Below the pieces are notes generated by a model that was given only the letters and a program-made list of their open reading frames with translations, had not been told where the DNA came from and ran no database searches. Shown here in pieces: positions 58,710 through 64,000 of a DNA stretch of 64,000 nucleotides (its first letter is position 1; every line of letters starts with the position of its first letter). Source of the DNA: Candidatus Poribacteria bacterium (GTDB taxonomy: Bacteria > Poribacteria > WGA-4E > PCPOR2b); assembly GCA_965208325.1 (NCBI GenBank), contig OZ242326.1, positions 96,001-160,000 on the forward strand, given 5' to 3'. Both the position numbers and the translations under genes were made by a program.

Positions 58710-60176
58710 CTACGCTTCATTCTCTTCTAAATATCTGTTCGCTGCTGCTAATGCTTCTTTGGGAGTATTGATTTTTCCTTCAAACTGAAGCGCTTCAATA
58801 TGCTTCAAAATGTGCCCAACTCTGATGCCCGGTTTCAACCCGAGTGTTCGAATGATGTCATGCCCGGTGATTAGTCGGCCTCGTTCAATCATCGGCGAGA
58901 TTTCGTTGTAATAAAGATTTGCAATACTGCGCATTGCTGCTTCTGTCTTGGTCGATTCGTCCGGCGGGCAAAGTCTGCCCTGTGTTGCGCGCTGATGCGC
59001 AGAATACAGCAAAAGTACGCCTAACCATTCTTCATCTGCGTGCTTTAAAAAGTGAAGCATGGATTGGCGTGTTGGAGGCAATAAGCTGACAAGGTTCCGT
59101 ACTTGAAGATGACTTCGAACGAGACAGTGTATGAGCCTTACCACTTTTTTGCCTAATCTCAAACGCTTCGCAATGCCGGCCGCATTCTCCGCGCTAGCCT
59201 TCTCGTGGCCGAGTAATTGCACATCATCTTCCGAGCGGACTGTTTTTTTTGCCGCTTCGCCGACACTATGAATCATCAAACCCAGCTTAATTATCTGCCC
59301 TCGCTTCACGCCGTTGACGATGTATTGGTCTAAATACGCTTGAACTTCGCGGCGGTATGGCTCCAGTGCATCGGGAATTGGTTGCGCCTCAAAATTCGAG
59401 ATTGCCGCCAAGGAAAATTCCCAGACATTGATACCGTGGTAATCACCCTGTTGTACACGCCGCATGTCCTCAATTTCGGGAATCATCCGTGAAAGGAGGC
59501 GAACATCGTCCATTTGCCGTAGATGAATGGCAGAATTTTTGACATTCAAGATTTTAATGAACTCATCTCGGACGCGTTCGATCGATACCGTTGATAGTTC
59601 TTCTTTATGCTGACGAATTAGATTGACCGTGGCCTCCGGAATCTCAAAATCTAATTCTGCTGCCAGACGATATGCACGCAACATTCGGAGCGGATCGTCC
59701 TTCACAACTCGGGGGTTAGGAAAACGTAAGCGTTTCGCTTCAACATCTCCAAAACCTCCGCATGGATCAATTAGTTTTACCGTTGGTTGCTTCAATAGCG
59801 AAGCAAGGTCAATAGCAATGGCGTTAATCGTAAAGTCGCGCAACTGCAAATCCGCCTCCAAAGTTTCGGCGCGGAATTGCGTAAAGTCCAGTGTGAGCCG
59901 AGTCTTTCGTCTAACAACGCGTGCTGTCGGCGGGTGTTCTTCTAATTTCACGAACGCGTCGCTGGTACGATCGGCGTACGCTTTAGCGAACGGAATCGCA
60001 TCGCGGTCAACAGCAAAATCGAGATCAGTGATTTCGCGGTTGAGAAGTAAATCCCGAACAGATCCCCCCACGAGGTAGAGCCGAACCCCCCGGTTTTCGG
60101 AGAGTGAATTGAGCTCGGAAAGCAGATGAATATTTGGTGTATGTTTTAGTAGCGTTTGACTTGGAAGAGATTGCAT
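58710..60176 (-). CDS. Class II tRNA nucleotidyltransferase (probably CC-adding) with degenerate HD domain
   Basis: VGGSVRD, DLD, RDFTINA, DDPLRMLRA.R, SIERVRDE, C-terminal ITG.D...LGLKPG. Confidence 0.9.
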   Translation of the reverse strand: MQSLPSQTLLKHTPNIHLLSELNSLSENRGVRLYLVGGSVRDLLLNREITDLDFAVDRDAIPFAKAYADRTSDAFVKLEEHPPTARVVRRKTRLTLDFTQFRAETLEADLQLRDFTINAIAIDLASLLKQPTVKLIDPCGGFGDVEAKRLRFPNPRVVKDDPLRMLRAYRLAAELDFEIPEATVNLIRQHKEELSTVSIERVRDEFIKILNVKNSAIHLRQMDDVRLLSRMIPEIEDMRRVQQGDYHGINVWEFSLAAISNFEAQPIPDALEPYRREVQAYLDQYIVNGVKRGQIIKLGLMIHSVGEAAKKTVRSEDDVQLLGHEKASAENAAGIAKRLRLGKKVVRLIHCLVRSHLQVRNLVSLLPPTRQSMLHFLKHADEEWLGVLLLYSAHQRATQGRLCPPDESTKTEAAMRSIANLYYNEISPMIERGRLITGHDIIRTLGLKPGIRVGHILKHIEALQFEGKINTPKEALAAANRYLEENEA

Positions 60177-60378
60177 GCGTGATGGGGAAATTTTAGACGT
60201 GCTCGTCGAATAGTCAAATTCGATGTGTAATAAAATAAATACGAGCGCTCACCGAATTGCGCTGTGGGTTAGTAGGCTATTTCGTTTGCTGCGGCAATAG
60301 GGCGGGGCGAAATTTCAACAAATTTTCCTCAAAAGAGAGAATATGCGATCATTGAAAATAATCTATCTCGCTGAAACG

Positions 60379-61137
60379 TTAAAACTGCTTTATCCGGCCC
60401 CAAGTGTAGGTGAGCTTGGCTTGTGGGGACACCGCGAGCTGCCATTCGCCAAAATTCAGGTCGGCATCTGGAATGTTATCGCCCGTAATCACCACTTCAT
60501 CAAAGTGAACCTCGCAATTCTTGGCGAGTAGCACAGCCGCCCCTGCATCAAGAGATGTGCCAAATTCCGGGGGATTTTCATACTCGCATACTAACTCGTC
60601 GTTCAGAAACATCCGGTATAAATCCCCTTCGGCAACAGCTCGCACTCTATACAGGTGATTTTCTCTGAGTTTGCGGTTGTTTCTACCTTCAATCCGCAGA
60701 TAAAATCCCTCCCAAAATCTTTGGCAAATTCCCAGTGTCCAGTGAACATGATCTTTTGCGATGATGATAAAATTTAAACCGTTGAGCACGTCTTCGTTTG
60801 GCTTGTTGTAGTGTAAACCAAAACCGACCTCCGGCGACGACGGTGCACTCGGAAAAGAGTCTTTGATCTCAAATTGGCACTTAAACTCGTAATTTCTCCA
60901 TGTCCGATTCCCAATGCCAAAGACGCTTGCGAAACCCCTGGCTTTTCGAGATTTGGCAACTAACTTCCCGGTTTCGGCAGACCATTGAGTAGTTTCGTCG
61001 AATTGGGAATTGAATATCTTTCCTCCGAATTTCCGCCAACCGTCTGCATCCCCGTCGTCAAAATTGTCCCTCAATACGCCCGCCCATGCTGTTGTACCCA
61101 ATAGAAGCATTATCAATCCGAATATTGACCTTTTCAA
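60379..61137 (-). CDS. Secreted ConA/DUF1080-like beta-sandwich protein with C-terminal AVxPxxKLxxTWGxIK motif
   Basis: Signal peptide ending AWA-G, DNFDDG, W.NYEF, VHFDEV; ends LAVSPQAKLTYTWGRIKQF; AAGGAGG RBS before TTG 61137. Confidence 0.75.
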   Translation of the reverse strand: MKRSIFGLIMLLLGTTAWAGVLRDNFDDGDADGWRKFGGKIFNSQFDETTQWSAETGKLVAKSRKARGFASVFGIGNRTWRNYEFKCQFEIKDSFPSAPSSPEVGFGLHYNKPNEDVLNGLNFIIIAKDHVHWTLGICQRFWEGFYLRIEGRNNRKLRENHLYRVRAVAEGDLYRMFLNDELVCEYENPPEFGTSLDAGAAVLLAKNCEVHFDEVVITGDNIPDADLNFGEWQLAVSPQAKLTYTWGRIKQF

Positions 61138-61462
61138 AATTCCCCTCCTTCTTTCGAGTAAAACCTCACACATGATTATCGGATAACATTCCTTATGGTG
61201 GACCGTCCGCCGCAGAAGATTGCCAGACCGACGTGACTTTTATGGTCAATGCGGACCTGTGCCCGTATTCAATTAGTCTAAAACCCATTTCCATCCGCGG
61301 TGAAGCACCCAAATTCCCGCTGCGAATTCGCATTGCGGTTCAAAAAATGTTACTTCCCCTGAACAGCATTGCGCGCTCCACCTACCAATAACGAGTGTGA
61401 AACGCCTTAAATCTCGACACACATTAATCAGTGCTCTCGGTAGAATCCGTCAGGCGTCGTAT

Positions 61463-62248
61463 TCATTTGGACCAAAAGACGGGCAAATTGTTTTTGCTAA
61501 CCGAGTGATATTCGTCCTCTAGCCCGCACATCCAGTAAAACAGTTCAGCGGCATCGTTTATCGCTCGATGGTGTTCCCGGTGGAAATAATAGAGGGCTGG
61601 CCGTCCCTTGGCGTACCGAGGCTCAAAGCCCGGCTCCCGAATCCAGTCGCGTTCGGGCGGAACCGTCCGCGTGTACCAATATTTCATTTGGTTCCGAATA
61701 GCGGTTGCTGTAGACGCTGTGCGGCGGTGCCAGATGCGGTAAATCGTTAGAAAAATTGTACCGGCGCTGCCGGCGGTCGAGACAGCGCCGCGTATCCTAC
61801 CGTAATGCCTCATCCAACACTGCAAATTGAATAGAAAATGAGATTCTGGCAATAACTCAGTAGGACCAAGTTCAACCGGTGTGTCTTGAGGGTAATAAAA
61901 CACCTGGAGACTATCAAGACCGGGAATGTACGACGAACCTCCGTCCGTGTGCCAACCACCTTCCATACCGGCAGGACACTGAATTCGAGTATTCCCCAAT
62001 TGGGTCGGATAAGTGAAGTTTTTGCCCAAAACAGAGCGAATCGCACCAGCCGCTTGGGGATTCAACGTCACATTCTCAATGTACCAATCCTCCTCTGATG
62101 GCACGGCTCCGTCATGTTCATCGCAATATTCACACACCCGCCGGTTGATTTCATCCGGGACAACCCCGTCCAGAATTAAAAATCCCTTTTTGCAGAAATC
62201 CAATACTTGTGAATCCGTCAATGTGGGAGCACAATCATGGGTAGGCAT
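61463..62248 (-). CDS. PhyH family Fe(II)/2OG dioxygenase
   Basis: LTDSQV.DF...GFL, WHTDG, YYPQD...LGPTE..P.SH, IWHRR. Confidence 0.85.
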   Translation of the reverse strand: MPTHDCAPTLTDSQVLDFCKKGFLILDGVVPDEINRRVCEYCDEHDGAVPSEEDWYIENVTLNPQAAGAIRSVLGKNFTYPTQLGNTRIQCPAGMEGGWHTDGGSSYIPGLDSLQVFYYPQDTPVELGPTELLPESHFLFNLQCWMRHYGRIRGAVSTAGSAGTIFLTIYRIWHRRTASTATAIRNQMKYWYTRTVPPERDWIREPGFEPRYAKGRPALYYFHREHHRAINDAAELFYWMCGLEDEYHSVSKNNLPVFWSK

Positions 62249-62544
62249 GGTGGGGTACCTCCGTTAATCTAATGACTCTCATCAAGGTGAAAGTGACAAT
62301 TGGAAAAAGGTTCGGCGGATAAAATTCAAGTTAACGTGTCCGCACTCTCCCGTTTCTAGCTTGCGCCGTATAGCATAAATCGCTCTTCTTAACCTTCAGT
62401 ATAACATAAATGCAGCATATTTACCACATCAACACTGACGTTTAGCGGAATCTGTTTTCCGCTGCGCATAGAGGAAAATAGATGAAATCAAGCGCAAAAT
62501 CGGGCATAATATATCACAAAAGCCAATCAATGAATGAGGTATTC

Positions 62545-63261
62545 ATGGCGTTGATTACGATTATCGGACGCGGCCACTCCGGCACTCGCGCAATCTCACA
62601 GACATTGTATGCCAGCGGTGTGTATATGGGCAACACGCTAAACCCTTCCGGCGACAAGGTTCCGCCTGATGCCATGTACGATGCCTGCAGAGTGATGGGA
62701 AGCCGCGTTAAATGGAACGGCGGTTTATCATGGGACTTTACACCGCTGCATACCATGGAGATTGACAGTGAATTCAAAGACCTGATACATGCCTATCTAG
62801 CTGACGTGCTTCGCAATAAATCCGCGGATAAGGGTTGGAAAATACCCGAGACCACCTTGGTCTACCCGTGGATTGTACGAATGTTTCCTGACATCAAGTA
62901 TATTCATTGGATTCGCGATCCAAGAGACTGTATTCTTGGAAGCCACATCACGGACGACCTGCAACGGTTTGGAGTTGACTGCCCCGCAGCGAATGACGTC
63001 CGCAGACGCCGAGCCATCTCTTGGCAATACCAATATGAACTCGTGAAATCAACGCCTAAACCCAATAACTATATCCTCATCCGATTTGAGGATTTCATTC
63101 TTAAGCACGACGAAACAATCCAGTGTCTTGAGGACTTTTTGGGCATTCCATTAGCGAAAATAATTGTCAGGCGAGAATCAGTCGGCCGCTGGAAAACGGA
63201 TACGGGAGAGCACAATTTTGACTTCTTTAGCGAAGCGTTGGCAGCGCACTATTACGATTAA
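62545..63261 (+). CDS. Sulfotransferase family protein
   Basis: 5'-PSB GRGHSGT, GWK.P, 3'-PB IRDPRD, IRFED, SVGRWK; GAGGT RBS. Confidence 0.85.
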   Translation: MALITIIGRGHSGTRAISQTLYASGVYMGNTLNPSGDKVPPDAMYDACRVMGSRVKWNGGLSWDFTPLHTMEIDSEFKDLIHAYLADVLRNKSADKGWKIPETTLVYPWIVRMFPDIKYIHWIRDPRDCILGSHITDDLQRFGVDCPAANDVRRRRAISWQYQYELVKSTPKPNNYILIRFEDFILKHDETIQCLEDFLGIPLAKIIVRRESVGRWKTDTGEHNFDFFSEALAAHYYD

Positions 63262-63360
63262 AGGAAGCCGGCCTCCGCTCAATGGTTCACCGATTCATCA
63301 TTCCTTGCACCGCTCACAATTCATAATCCACAATACACCATGCAACTACCTAGTTTGCGC

Positions 63361-63389
63361 TTGACTGATCCGGTCTAGACGGATATAAT
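63361..63389 (+). promoter_or_regulatory. sigma70-type promoter with palindromic operator in the spacer
   Basis: TTGACT-17 bp-TATAAT; spacer contains TCCG-GTCTAGAC-GGA. Confidence 0.65.
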
Positions 63390-63518
63390 ATTTATTATTC
63401 TGCGCAACAGATATGAGGTTGGGTTATCATCAAAACCTCCGTGAAAAAGCTGCATTCTTTCCCCTCAAAACCTCATCCCTTCGCTCACTCCAGTACATTT
63501 TTTAAAGGCAGGTGATAT

Positions 63519-64000
63519 GTGAATCAATCCACGCCCACCAATAGCGGCACGACAAGCAGTGTTGCCCTGCGGGCGGTGGTAATCGGACTTATCTTCGTTG
63601 TTGCAAACGCCTATTGGGTTGGAAGAAATGATCTCATAACAGGGCCGAAGCACAATTACATGTCTCTGTTCAGCAATGCCGTTTTCACGTTTTTTGTATT
63701 GACGCTTGTAAACCTCCTGCTGCGGAAGTTGGCACGGCATTTTGCGTTATCGGACTCCGACCTCTTGGTCGTCTACATTATGGTTGTTATGATTACAACC
63801 GTTGCTGGGCACCAGACCATGAGCAAATTGGTCGGAACACTTGTCCACCCATACTGGTTTGCCACGGCAGAAAATGACTGGCGTAACCTCTTCTGGCGGT
63901 ATATTCCCGAGTGGTTTACGACAACAGACGAAAAAGCGTTAATCGGCTTTTTTCGCGGCGAGACCACGGTGTTCACTCCGCATTTCCTCAGCGTCTGGCT
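63519..64000 (+). CDS. Polytopic membrane protein, DUF6785-like (OPT-related), truncated by the window end
   Basis: Not in the ORF track (no stop in window). GTG after AGGTGA; LRAVVIGLIFVVANAYW...SLFSNAVF...DLLVVYIM...HPYWFATAENDW...IPEW. Confidence 0.75.
   Translation, partial: MNQSTPTNSGTTSSVALRAVVIGLIFVVANAYWVGRNDLITGPKHNYMSLFSNAVFTFFVLTLVNLLLRKLARHFALSDSDLLVVYIMVVMITTVAGHQTMSKLVGTLVHPYWFATAENDWRNLFWRYIPEWFTTTDEKALIGFFRGETTVFTPHFLSVW

Noticed and set aside
1..64000. Numerous 60-180-aa antisense or alternate-frame ORFs; tRNA, rRNA, transposase, integrase or phage genes
   Set aside because: The short ORFs shadow well-supported genes and lack motifs. No RNA-gene or mobile-element signatures were recognised by eye.

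Overview
Gene-dense bacterial chromosomal window (GC about 50% by eye), most likely Candidatus Poribacteria or a relative. This is inferred from three PhyH-family dioxygenases, a secreted protein ending in LAVSPQAKLTYTWGRIK and a DUF6785-like membrane protein. I found no rRNA, tRNA, CRISPR array, transposase or phage genes. Contents in order: (1) Rsb-like partner-switching/two-component cluster with three PP2C phosphatases, two STAS proteins, one anti-sigma-type kinase, a histidine kinase and a receiver, but no sigma factor (1-8.3 kb); (2) creatininase-family gene, moaC and an EamA transporter; (3) a tightly coupled four-gene membrane operon of unknown function (FN3+DUF6754-like, 10.8-14.2 kb) downstream of a sugar/polyol ABC transporter and two dehydrogenases; (4) mixed housekeeping and catabolic genes (Kef antiporter, uxuA, dtd, larC, murQ, rsmI, ccmBC, sixA, miaA, GH36, mutY, msrB, Rieske-glutamate synthase, class II tRNA nucleotidyltransferase). 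Signals missed by the ORF track include a probable selenoprotein (AhpC/TSA-like, in-frame TGA in a UxxS motif, SECIS-like hairpin, 39122-39607), a remnant of a duplicated PhyH gene, a five-unit palindromic repeat array and a structured leader upstream of larC. Sequence motifs also suggest a dual-start (lipoprotein/cytoplasmic) MsrB and a loop-deleted, probably CC-adding, tRNA nucleotidyltransferase. All family calls are from motif recognition by eye; no searches were run.
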